Shown: one piece after another, positions 7,495 to 16,100 of the stretch | Position numbering within the stretch: position 1 is the first letter of the stretch | How the letters are laid out: each line of letters starts with the position of its first letter | From: Chitinophagales bacterium | GTDB taxonomy: Bacteria > Bacteroidota > Bacteroidia > Chitinophagales > Chitinophagaceae | Length of the DNA stretch: 64,000 nt | Assembly (NCBI GenBank): GCA_017303335.1 | Contig: JAFLBK010000003.1 | Location: 364,291 to 428,290, forward strand | Direction: 5' to 3' | The notes under the pieces: model-generated | Database searches by the model: none | Seen by the model: the letters and a program-made list of their open reading frames with translations, nothing else | What the model was told of the DNA's origin: nothing | Translations under genes and position numbers: made by a program

Positions 7495-8031
7495 ATGATC
7501 TTAAGTGACAAACGCATCCTCGAAGAAATCGCAAAGGGAACCATCAAGATCGAACCGTACGACCGCGAATGCCTGGGCAGCAACAGCTACGATGTACATC
7601 TCGGTAAACACCTGGCCCGTTACGTGAATAAGGAACTCGACGCCAAAAAGCACAACACGATCGAACATTTCGATATTCCTGAAGAAGGGATCGTGCTTTA
7701 CCCGCACGAATTTTACCTCGGCGTTACGGAAGAATACACCGAAACCCATGCCCACGTGCCCTTTCTCGAAGGCAAATCGAGCACGGGCCGCCTGGGTATC
7801 GACATACATGCCACCGCCGGTAAAGGCGATGTGGGTTTCTGCGGCAACTGGACCCTCGAGATATCGGTAAAGCAACCCGTTCGTGTATATGCCGGCATGC
7901 CCATCGGCCAGCTGATCTACTTCCCGGTAGAAGGCGAGATCGAAGTGCGCTACGATCAGAAGAAGAACGCCAAGTACAGCCGCCAGATCAGCAAACCGGT
8001 GGAGAGTATGATGTGGAAGAACAAGTTCTGA
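7495..8031 (+). CDS. dcd: dCTP deaminase
   Basis: 178 aa. MILSDKRILEEI...GSNSYDVHLG...FLEGKSSTGRLGI...TLEI matches the dCTP deaminase/dUTPase-fold pattern. Confidence 0.9.
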   Translation: MILSDKRILEEIAKGTIKIEPYDRECLGSNSYDVHLGKHLARYVNKELDAKKHNTIEHFDIPEEGIVLYPHEFYLGVTEEYTETHAHVPFLEGKSSTGRLGIDIHATAGKGDVGFCGNWTLEISVKQPVRVYAGMPIGQLIYFPVEGEIEVRYDQKKNAKYSRQISKPVESMMWKNKF

Positions 8032-8048
8032 TCAAAACAACTACGCCT

Positions 8049-9137
8049 ATGCGCTTGCAAATGCCGCTGGCCAAAGCAGGAATCGCACTGCTGATCTTTC
8101 TATGCACCGATCTGCCTGTTTGCGGTCAATTAAAACCTGCCCTCGCCGATTCGATGCTGAATTTCATCCAGGCTAACAGGAACAAAGCGGCGCTGTATAT
8201 CACCCGCAACGATACCGCCATCGTCTCGCTCAATGAGAACAGGCGCATGCCGCTTGCCAGCACGGTAAAGATCATCGTGGCGATCGAATTCGCCCGGCAA
8301 TCCGCCCGGGAAACGATCAACGAGAACGCTTACATCGCTTTGCCGGAACTCGACAAATTCTACGTTCCCGGCACCGACGGCGGAGCGCACAGCGCCTGGA
8401 TCGATTATGCCCGGAAAAACAACGAGATACGGGGAGATAGTGTAAAACTGGTGGACGTGGCCCGGGGCATGATCATCTTCAGCAGCAACGCCAATACCGA
8501 ATACCTGATGGACCTGCTCGGCTTCGACAATGTGAATAATGTACTTTCCCAGTTCGATGCTAAGGAGCACAGCGTCATCTTCCCGCTCGTGGGATCACTG
8601 TTCCTGTACCAGGTTCCGAAAAAAACAAGCGAGAGCAAACTCGCGAAAACGATCAGCGGTTATTCCGATAAAAAATACGGATTGGAAGCCTACGGGCATC
8701 ACCTGGGGATGAAAGAAGACAGCGGATACCGGAACAGGTTCCGCCCCGAAGAATTTTCACTGGCGCTGCAGAAGATATGGAGCGACCGGTTGCCGGCTTC
8801 CACCGCCAAAGAATATGCGCTGCTCGTTCAATCGCTGAACAAACGGGAAGTGCTGGAAGAACCCGCTTATTTCACCATCGCCGAAGTACTTGAGTTCCCG
8901 ATGGAGAACAAAATTTTCCAATCGGTTTTCAAACATTATGGTGTCAAAGGGGGCAGTACCGGTTTCGTACTTACGCATGTACTCTATTTCACCATGAAGA
9001 ACGGCACCCGCATGGAACTGGCCATCTTCTTCAATGATCTTACACCCGAAGAAGAACAGAAGCTCGAAGGCTGGCTCGATCCCTTTGAAGCGCAGGTGAT
9101 CTTTGATCCGAAATTCAGGGAGAAAGTAAAATTTTAG
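8049..9137 (+). CDS. Secreted serine hydrolase, class A beta-lactamase-like fold
   Basis: ORF 8013..9137 trimmed to ATG 8049, since dcd ends at 8031. Signal-like N-terminus. Has S-x-x-K (ASTVK), S-x-N (FSSNAN) and K-G-G (VKGGST) motifs. Confidence 0.7.
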   Translation: MRLQMPLAKAGIALLIFLCTDLPVCGQLKPALADSMLNFIQANRNKAALYITRNDTAIVSLNENRRMPLASTVKIIVAIEFARQSARETINENAYIALPELDKFYVPGTDGGAHSAWIDYARKNNEIRGDSVKLVDVARGMIIFSSNANTEYLMDLLGFDNVNNVLSQFDAKEHSVIFPLVGSLFLYQVPKKTSESKLAKTISGYSDKKYGLEAYGHHLGMKEDSGYRNRFRPEEFSLALQKIWSDRLPASTAKEYALLVQSLNKREVLEEPAYFTIAEVLEFPMENKIFQSVFKHYGVKGGSTGFVLTHVLYFTMKNGTRMELAIFFNDLTPEEEQKLEGWLDPFEAQVIFDPKFREKVKF

Positions 9138-9191
9138 AAGGCGCATAGCCAATGGTTCATGGATCATCGCAGATAAGGCCCGCCTACCTGC

Positions 9192-9219
9192 CATGAACAA
9201 TTAACTATGAACTATTAAC
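9192..9219. repeat. Tandem heptamers (4 units) in a convergent intergenic region
   Basis: catgaac|aattaac|tatgaac|tattaac read directly. An inverted partner ggttcatgg lies at 9154..9162. Confidence 0.75.
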
Positions 9220-9221
9220 TA

Positions 9222-10301
9222 TCATATCCTCCCCGTCTTCTTGTAAAACGCGATGAGGAAACCGGTCACTTCATCGTAACTCAGCACACCCTGGGGTTGC
9301 TGATTTCTTCGCAGGTAAACGCCATAAACCCAGCGCCAAACGGGTTCAATCGGGTTCCGGTGACGCAGGTAAAAGTTCCTCCATTCTTTTAAGTCGGATT
9401 GCACCGCGGGAATCAGTTGTTTCCGGAATTGTTTCGCCGCCGCCGAATCGGTATCGAATAAATTCCGGTTGCTGTACATGAACAGGTCGAGGTACACCGA
9501 ATAATGCAGTAAGGTATCGGTGGATGCGGAGGCGGCGAGGTAACCTACAAAATTCGCTTCACGCTCCTTGGCATAACCCAACTGGTGGGCTACCTCATGA
9601 CTGGTGGTGTAGGGTTGCAGGAATTTTGGCACCAGGGTATTTACCTGCGCTTCGGCCGTGAAGGGATTGTAGTAACCGGTAAAACCCATGTAATTGCCGA
9701 GCCAGCTCCAGATAGATGGTTTCAGCGACATGGGTTGGTATGCAAGAAACGGATAGTGTTCCTGTACCTGCGCATAGGCCTTGTTCACCCGCCCAAACAA
9801 TTCCGCCTTTGACGGGTATCCATCATTTTTAGCAAGAAGTACCTGCTTCGACCTGTTCACTTTGTCCACCAATAAAGCGTTCAGTTCTTTTAAATCCGCC
9901 GCGGAATATTTCTCCATCCGCAGGTTGAGTTTGCCGGCAATGCCCGGCTGGTTATAATTCAACCCCCACAATAGGTTGAAACTGATGTAGACGATCAGTA
10001 AGAAATGGAGCACATACCGAAGGCCGTTGAAAAATCCGGCCCAGCTAAGCTCACACCTCCAGGCCATGCGTATGACCCTGGCCAGTTTGCTGAGCAACCA
10101 GAAAACAAGCCCGGCATAAATAATATCCCCGACGCTGAAAGGTATCCATCCCAGCAAATAGCGTAAGACCCGGCTGACCGGGGGATATATCCCATTGGTA
10201 TAGAAGCGTTCGACCAGGGAAGGATGGAGGGAAAAAAGATGGATAAGCAACGCCAGAACAACCAGCACAAGGGTAAGCAACAGGGACTTTTTAGCCTTCA
10301 T
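9222..10301 (-). CDS. DUF3810-like membrane metalloprotease-like protein
   Basis: 359 aa with N-terminal TM segments and an HExxH motif (SHEVAHQLGY). Overall pattern is as in DUF3810 proteins. Confidence 0.7.
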   Translation of the reverse strand: MKAKKSLLLTLVLVVLALLIHLFSLHPSLVERFYTNGIYPPVSRVLRYLLGWIPFSVGDIIYAGLVFWLLSKLARVIRMAWRCELSWAGFFNGLRYVLHFLLIVYISFNLLWGLNYNQPGIAGKLNLRMEKYSAADLKELNALLVDKVNRSKQVLLAKNDGYPSKAELFGRVNKAYAQVQEHYPFLAYQPMSLKPSIWSWLGNYMGFTGYYNPFTAEAQVNTLVPKFLQPYTTSHEVAHQLGYAKEREANFVGYLAASASTDTLLHYSVYLDLFMYSNRNLFDTDSAAAKQFRKQLIPAVQSDLKEWRNFYLRHRNPIEPVWRWVYGVYLRRNQQPQGVLSYDEVTGFLIAFYKKTGRI

Positions 10302-10389
10302 AGCCCCCTAAAAGTAAGAAAAGCTGAAAAATGGGGCTTTCGGGGGTATAAAATCCCCATTTCAAGCCGTAAAATTGCAGGGATTTCCC

Positions 10390-10397
10390 TACCTTTG
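10390..10397 (+). promoter_or_regulatory. -7 box (TACCTTTG) upstream of the DUF177-rpmF-plsX cluster
   Basis: Exact TAnnTTTG, 22 nt before ATG 10419. Confidence 0.45.
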
Positions 10398-10418
10398 CCG
10401 TCCTTTAAACCAGACGTA

Positions 10419-10979
10419 ATGGCGGGCAAACGGGCATTCGAGATAGCATTTGTAGGGTTGAAACCGGGGATCCATGAGTTCGATTACGAGGTTGACGATA
10501 AGTTCTTTGCGGAAAAAGGGAATCCCGACTTTTCCAATTGCCAGGCGAAAATACGCCTGCTGCTCGATAAGAAAAGCAGTTTCATGCTGCTCAAATTCGA
10601 GATCGGGGGAAAGGCGGATATCACCTGCGACCGGTGCGGTAACCCCCTCACCATGGATATCTGGGATGAATTCAACATGCTGGTAAAGCTGGTGGAGAAT
10701 CCCGATGAGATGAATGAGCAGGAAGAGGATCCGGATGTATTTTATATTTCCCGTACCGAAAGCCACATCGACGTGGCCGACTGGATCTACGAGTTCGTAC
10801 TGCTGAGTTTTCCCATGCAGCGTATGTGCAGCGAGGAGCAGATGGGCGGACCACAGTGCAACAAAGAAGTACTGGAGAAACTGAAGATGATGGAATCGCA
10901 GCAGGAAACCAACGCGAACCAGCTCTGGAAAGGGCTCGACCAGTTCCGGAAGACAAAGAAGGCAAAAACGAAGAAGTAA
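10419..10979 (+). CDS. DUF177/YceD-family protein (23S rRNA accumulation protein)
   Basis: ORF 10224..10979 trimmed to ATG 10419 (MAGKRAFEIAFVGLKPGIHEFDY). CDRCGNP...C-rich C-terminus. Conserved position immediately upstream of rpmF. Confidence 0.8.
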   Translation: MAGKRAFEIAFVGLKPGIHEFDYEVDDKFFAEKGNPDFSNCQAKIRLLLDKKSSFMLLKFEIGGKADITCDRCGNPLTMDIWDEFNMLVKLVENPDEMNEQEEDPDVFYISRTESHIDVADWIYEFVLLSFPMQRMCSEEQMGGPQCNKEVLEKLKMMESQQETNANQLWKGLDQFRKTKKAKTKK

Positions 10980-11008
10980 ACCATTTATAAAAATTAAAAT
11001 CGAGCGAT

Positions 11009-11203
11009 ATGCCAAATCCCAAAAGGCGCCACTCACAACAACGCAGCGCAAAAAGAAGGACGCATTACAAAGCCAGTGAACCTACGCTGAGCGTTGATAA
11101 AACAACCGGCGAAACACATGTTCGCCACCGTGCCCATGTAAGCGAAGGAAAATTATACTACAAAGGAAAGCTGGTTGCTGAAAAAGCGCCGCTGAAAGCA
11201 TAA
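11009..11203 (+). CDS. rpmF: 50S ribosomal protein L32
   Basis: MPNPKRRHSQQRSAKRRTHYKA, 64 aa, in the yceD-rpmF-plsX context. Confidence 0.93.
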   Translation: MPNPKRRHSQQRSAKRRTHYKASEPTLSVDKTTGETHVRHRAHVSEGKLYYKGKLVAEKAPLKA

Positions 11204-11226
11204 TATTTTTTCAAAGTATCAATTCT

Positions 11227-11270
11227 AAGTCCGAAATTCGGTAACCCGGATTTGGGACTTGGAATTTTTT
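11227..11270 (+). terminator. Strong hairpin plus T6 between rpmF and plsX (terminator or attenuator)
   Basis: aagtccgaaattcgg / cccggatttgggactt forms 14 of 15 pairs. It is followed by ggaatttttt, 17 nt before the plsX ATG. Confidence 0.6.
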
Positions 11271-11286
11271 CATTTAAAGAAGCTGT

Positions 11287-12237
11287 ATGAATATTGGTCT
11301 GGACATGATGGGTGGCGATTTCGCACCCCTGGAGGCGGTCAAAGGTGCTGCCGACTTCATTGCTTCCACCACCAATACGGCCATTCATCTCACACTTATC
11401 GGCGATGAATCAAAGATCCGGGAACACCTGGCGGATCATCCCATCGCTGCCGGCCGGTACAGCATCGTTCATGCCGCCCAGGTGATCGGCATGCACGAGC
11501 ATCCCACCAGGGCGCTGAAAGAAAAACAACAATCCTCCATCGCGATAGGCTTTCATTTACTGGCAACCGGGAAAACCGACGCATTCATCAGCGCCGGCAA
11601 TACCGGGGCGATGATGGTGGGCGCCCTGTTCAGCATCAAGGCTATTGAAGGCGTGCTTCGTCCGACCATTGGCGCCTACATGCCCCGTGAAGACGGCAGC
11701 CTCGGCCTCCTGGTAGACGTTGGCCTCAACGCCGATTGCAAACCCGAGAACCTGAATCAATTCGCGATCCTTGGTTCCCTGTTCGCCAAACACATCCTCA
11801 ACTTCGAGAATCCCAAAGTAGGGCTTGTAAACCTCGGCGAAGAAGAAGGCAAAGGCAATATCCTGGCGCAGGCAACCTATCCCCTGCTGAAAGCGAACAA
11901 ACAGATCAATTTTACGGGCAACATCGAAGGCCGGGATATCCTGCTTAATAAAGCGGATGTATTGGTGTGCGAAGGTTTTACCGGCAACGTGGTGCTCAAA
12001 CTGGCGGAAAGCATTTACGACATCGTAAAGCGCCGCGATATCCACGACGAACATTTCGATCGCTTCAATTTTGAACAATATGGCGGCGTTCCCGTACTCG
12101 GCGTTGCCAAGCCCGTAATCATCGGTCATGGCATCTCCCATGCACTTGCTTTCAAAAACATGATCCGCATCGCCTCCCGCATGCTTGAGATCGACCTGAT
12201 GGGAAAAATGAAGAACAGTTTCCTGGAACAGGCATAG
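11287..12237 (+). CDS. plsX: Phosphate acyltransferase PlsX
   Basis: MNIGLDMMGGDFAP...FISAGNTGAMM...CEGFTGNVVLK, 316 aa. Confidence 0.92.
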   Translation: MNIGLDMMGGDFAPLEAVKGAADFIASTTNTAIHLTLIGDESKIREHLADHPIAAGRYSIVHAAQVIGMHEHPTRALKEKQQSSIAIGFHLLATGKTDAFISAGNTGAMMVGALFSIKAIEGVLRPTIGAYMPREDGSLGLLVDVGLNADCKPENLNQFAILGSLFAKHILNFENPKVGLVNLGEEEGKGNILAQATYPLLKANKQINFTGNIEGRDILLNKADVLVCEGFTGNVVLKLAESIYDIVKRRDIHDEHFDRFNFEQYGGVPVLGVAKPVIIGHGISHALAFKNMIRIASRMLEIDLMGKMKNSFLEQA

Positions 12238-12575
12238 ATTTTTTCATCGCGGCTTCAACACACTGCTCTTCCTGGAATATCACCGCTTCTTTTACAGTTT
12301 GTACGTTCGGTAGTGCATGATACCGTACCGGTATGTCGGCAGAATATTTCCATCACGCTCGGCAATCAGGCAACCGGCAGTATAGTAAAATAATTCCTTC
12401 ATAACCCGCTTCTGACGCCGCCTGTACGCAGCGGCAACCGCCCGCCGTTTGACCTGAATTTACATTCAATTCATCATACTTATTATTTGCCATTTATCCT
12501 ATTTGCGTCCTTGATACCCTGTTATTTATACAATTTCACACAGCCATTAATTAAAGTATAGCAAAACTACTAGTC

Positions 12576-15074
12576 ATGAAAACAACCCTCCTGCTTATCG
12601 CAGCGCTCCTCGTTAGTGCTGTGCTGCCGGCCCAGAACAAACCCGGAAAAATATCGGGTGTCATCATCACCCCGGAAAAACGACCCGTTGAATCGGCTAC
12701 GATCCAGTTATTGAAAGCCGATACCAAGGCACTGGTCAAAACAGCGGTCACCGATAAAACCGGCAGTTTTTCCTTCGAAAAGATCGCCGAAGGCAAATAC
12801 CTGGTGCAGGTTTCGGCCGTTGGTTTCGGAAAGAAAACAAGCGAACCCTTTGAAGTAACAGCCGTCAAACCCGAAGTAGACCTGGCCACTGTTGAACTGA
12901 GCGGCAACCAGAAATCGCTGGATGGGGTTACCGTGGTGGCGCAAAAACCATTCATTGAACAAAAGCTTGATAAAACAGTAGTGAACGTGGAGGCCTCTCC
13001 ATCGAACGCCGGCGCTACGGCCCTGGAAGTACTGGAGAAATCGCCCGGCGTAAGTGTCGACAACGACGGCAATATCAGCCTGAAAGGAAAACAAGGCGTC
13101 ATCATCATGATGGATGGAAAACCTACCTACCTCTCGGGCGCCGACCTGGCCAATGTATTGCGCAACCTGCCCGCTTCGGCCCTCGACCAGATCGAGATCA
13201 TGACCAACCCGTCGGCCAAGTACGATGCATCCGGCAACTCGGGTGTGATCAATATCAAAACCAAGAAAGGCAAAGTGAAAGGATCGAACGGAAGTATTAC
13301 GGTTGGCAACACCAGTGGTATTTTCAGTAAAGACGGCAATACAGAAGTGTTGTGGAAACCCACCGTTTCCGTGAATTACAACTACAAGAAGAACAAGGTG
13401 AACCTGTTCAGCAATTTCATCTACAATTACCGCGAAGGCAGGGGATCGCTCGACATCACCAGCCGCTACTATGAATCGGGTAAACAACTCGACAGCATCA
13501 ATAAAGTGAATACCCTGTTCCGGTTCCGGAATAACAATTACACGCTGAAACTCGGTATGGACTATACCCCGAACAAGAAAAACACCTTCGGCATCGTACT
13601 GAATGGCTTCATGTTCGATGGACGACCGACCCCTACCACCTATACCACTTTCTCGACACTGGATGGCGATGTTTTCTCCCGGCTCAACTCGCATACCCGT
13701 AATGAACTGAGCTGGAAAAACTTCAGCACCAACCTTAATTACAAGCATACGTTTGATTCGACCGGCACAGAACTTACCCTTGATCTTGATTATTCGGGAT
13801 ACAAGAATGTTTCGGATCAACTGTTACGCACCGGTTTCTTTGATGGCGATTACCAGCAGACGGCTGATTCCCTGTTCCTCAAAGGACACCTGCCTTCCAG
13901 CATCAATATCTATTCGATCAAATCCGATTTCGTGAAAACATTCAAAGGCGGATTGCGGCTCGAGGCGGGCATCAAATCGAGCTATGTGAAATCGGATAAC
14001 CTGGTCGATTATGTGCGCAAGGCGGGCAACAACTGGGTTGCGGATGCCCGGAACAACCATTTCATCTACGATGAAAATGTGAACGCGGCCTATGTGAATA
14101 CCAGTAAAGAGATCAAAAAATGGAATATACAGGCGGGCCTTCGTATGGAGAACACCAATACCAAGGGTGTGCAGATATCCAACAACTCCACGGTGAAACG
14201 CAGTTATGTGAGCCTGTTCCCTTCTGCCTTCGCCAGCTACAACCTGAACCAGAAAAACATGCTGGCTGTATCGGTAAGCCGGAGACTGCAGCGCCCGAAT
14301 TACCAGGACCTGAATCCCTTCACGTTCTTCCTGGATTCGCTGAGTTACCGCCAGGGTAACCCCTATCTTACACCGCAATTCTCGTGGAACTATGAGCTGA
14401 AGCACACCTACAACGGCAAGCTTAATACAACCCTGAACTATACGGTGACCAACGATGTCATCTCTCAGATCATCAAGCGTACCAAGGGAAGCAACAACGA
14501 GATCATCGGGTTCCTGACGATCGATAATATCGCCAAATTCACCAACATGGGCATCGCGGTGAGCGCACCGGTGAAACTCGCCAAATGGTGGAATGTAAAC
14601 CTCTATGGCAATGTATACCGCAACCACTACCAGGGCACCTACATCTCTACCGAGAACGGAACACCCGAGTTGGTTGACCTGGATATGGCATTCACGTCGT
14701 TCATGTTCAACATCAACAACAGTTTCACGATCGGCAAGGGCTGGATCGCTGAACTCAGTGGCTGGTACAATTATAAAAATGTACAGCAGCTCTCGCTGAG
14801 CTATCCCATGGGCCAAATGAGCATCGGCCTGGCAAAGAACAACCTGTTGAAAGGTAAGGCAAGTCTTCGCCTCAATGCCCGCGACCCCTTCGGCTGGCAA
14901 TACTTCCGCGGTGCGACCAAATACGGCAACGTGGATATCAATATCCGCAACCGCTGGGATAACCGCCAGTTCGGCATCAGCTTTACCTATCGTTTCGGCA
15001 AGCAGCAGCAGGCACGCCGGAAAGCTTCGGCTACCGAAGAAGAACAGCAGCGGGTAGGCGCCGGCGGCAATTAA
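12576..15074 (+). CDS. TonB-dependent-receptor-like outer membrane beta-barrel protein with CarboxypepD_reg-like N-terminal domain
   Basis: 832 aa. Signal peptide, GKISGVIITPEKRPVESATIQLLK...GKYLVQVSAVGF (carboxypeptidase-regulatory-like), a plug-like region, then long alternating beta-strand sequence ending FGISFTYRFG. Confidence 0.8.
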   Translation: MKTTLLLIAALLVSAVLPAQNKPGKISGVIITPEKRPVESATIQLLKADTKALVKTAVTDKTGSFSFEKIAEGKYLVQVSAVGFGKKTSEPFEVTAVKPEVDLATVELSGNQKSLDGVTVVAQKPFIEQKLDKTVVNVEASPSNAGATALEVLEKSPGVSVDNDGNISLKGKQGVIIMMDGKPTYLSGADLANVLRNLPASALDQIEIMTNPSAKYDASGNSGVINIKTKKGKVKGSNGSITVGNTSGIFSKDGNTEVLWKPTVSVNYNYKKNKVNLFSNFIYNYREGRGSLDITSRYYESGKQLDSINKVNTLFRFRNNNYTLKLGMDYTPNKKNTFGIVLNGFMFDGRPTPTTYTTFSTLDGDVFSRLNSHTRNELSWKNFSTNLNYKHTFDSTGTELTLDLDYSGYKNVSDQLLRTGFFDGDYQQTADSLFLKGHLPSSINIYSIKSDFVKTFKGGLRLEAGIKSSYVKSDNLVDYVRKAGNNWVADARNNHFIYDENVNAAYVNTSKEIKKWNIQAGLRMENTNTKGVQISNNSTVKRSYVSLFPSAFASYNLNQKNMLAVSVSRRLQRPNYQDLNPFTFFLDSLSYRQGNPYLTPQFSWNYELKHTYNGKLNTTLNYTVTNDVISQIIKRTKGSNNEIIGFLTIDNIAKFTNMGIAVSAPVKLAKWWNVNLYGNVYRNHYQGTYISTENGTPELVDLDMAFTSFMFNINNSFTIGKGWIAELSGWYNYKNVQQLSLSYPMGQMSIGLAKNNLLKGKASLRLNARDPFGWQYFRGATKYGNVDINIRNRWDNRQFGISFTYRFGKQQQARRKASATEEEQQRVGAGGN

Positions 15075-15101
15075 GTGCGTAGTTTATGTTTCGATAAAGA
15101 A

Positions 15102-15134
15102 CCATCCACATACCTAAAGTGGGTGGTTTTTTTT
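15102..15134 (+). terminator. Intrinsic terminator after the outer membrane receptor gene
   Basis: ccatccac ... gtgggtgg hairpin (one mismatch) followed by tttttttt. Confidence 0.75.
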
Positions 15135-15166
15135 GCGCACAAACGTTTTACATTTATACTGGAAAC

Positions 15167-15691
15167 ATGATCTCCTTTTCCACCACCATACTCAAATTCG
15201 GGCAGCAGGCCGAAAAGACCGGCTGGATATACATTGTGATTCCCGCCAGGCTGGCGAACAAACTCAACCCCGGCGTAAAGAAATCGTACCGGGTAAAGGG
15301 AAAGATCGACGCGTATGCGATAAAAAAGGTTTCCCTGCTTCCGATGGGAGAAGGCGATTTCATCATCCCCATCAACGCCACGATCCGGAAAGGAATCCGG
15401 AAAACGACTGGCGCTACAGTTACCGTACAGCTTGAGCTGGACGCATCGAAGATCGTTCCGCCTGCCGAACTGATCGAATGCCTCCAGGATGAGCCCGAGG
15501 CTTACAATCATTTCAATTCCCTTCCGCAAAGCCATCGCAACTACTTCACCAAGTGGATCGAATCGGCTAAAACCGAACCCACCCGGGTTAAGCGTATCGC
15601 CCTGGTGGTGAAAACAATGGCCCGCAGGATGGATTTTGGAGCCATGCTCCGGGAAGAGCGGGATGAACGCCGTAAACTGACCGGACGATAA
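15167..15691 (+). CDS. DUF1905 / YdeI-OmpD-associated family protein
   Basis: ORF 15119..15691 trimmed to ATG 15167 (MISFSTTILKFGQQAEKTGWIYIVIP). The C-terminal part (FNSLPQSHRNYFTKWIESAKTEPTRVKRI) is typical of the YdeI family. Confidence 0.75.
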   Translation: MISFSTTILKFGQQAEKTGWIYIVIPARLANKLNPGVKKSYRVKGKIDAYAIKKVSLLPMGEGDFIIPINATIRKGIRKTTGATVTVQLELDASKIVPPAELIECLQDEPEAYNHFNSLPQSHRNYFTKWIESAKTEPTRVKRIALVVKTMARRMDFGAMLREERDERRKLTGR

Positions 15692-15721
15692 TCTTTCTTA
15701 TAAACTCCTAAACGCAATGCT

Positions 15722-16006
15722 ATGGCTAATGTAACAAGGTACGAACTCACCCTCTATGGAGACCCCAATGGCTACATGGGTTTCCGGGCCCAGGTATCAC
15801 TTTTCGATGGGATGACCCATCTCGGCTACGTACGTTTTGTAGATATTGGTGTTGCCATCCCCGCCGACAGCATGACGGGTGGCCTTATTTACATGCACGA
15901 ATCGATCACGATGCTCGACAATGTTATGGGCTTGCTTCGCAACGATGTAACCAAGACATTCTACTTTGCCTCAGGACATGCATTCCTGGTTGGCGCTAAT
16001 TTTTAA
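15722..16006 (+). CDS. Hypothetical protein (94 aa)
   Basis: ORF-track entry, 30 nt after the preceding gene and followed by a strong terminator. No motif recognised. Confidence 0.5.
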   Translation: MANVTRYELTLYGDPNGYMGFRAQVSLFDGMTHLGYVRFVDIGVAIPADSMTGGLIYMHESITMLDNVMGLLRNDVTKTFYFASGHAFLVGANF

Positions 16007-16033
16007 CCGGTTGAACTGACCCGCAAATAAAAA

Positions 16034-16061
16034 CCCCGGCAATTCAATACGACTGCCGGGG
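16034..16061. terminator. Hairpin terminator between convergent genes
   Basis: ccccggca ... tgccgggg (8-bp stem), preceded by aaaaa and followed by ttcttg. Confidence 0.7.
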
Positions 16062-16100
16062 TTCTTGTATCATACACTTCCGCCCAATGGCGGGAAGAAA

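Noticed and set aside
12708-14900. Two long minus-strand ORFs (370 aa and 358 aa) inside the outer membrane receptor gene
   Set aside because: The translations are low-complexity (G/R/V/H/F-rich) with no motifs. They fully overlap a + strand gene that has a signal peptide and beta-barrel pattern. This is a typical antisense-frame artefact of GC-rich third positions.
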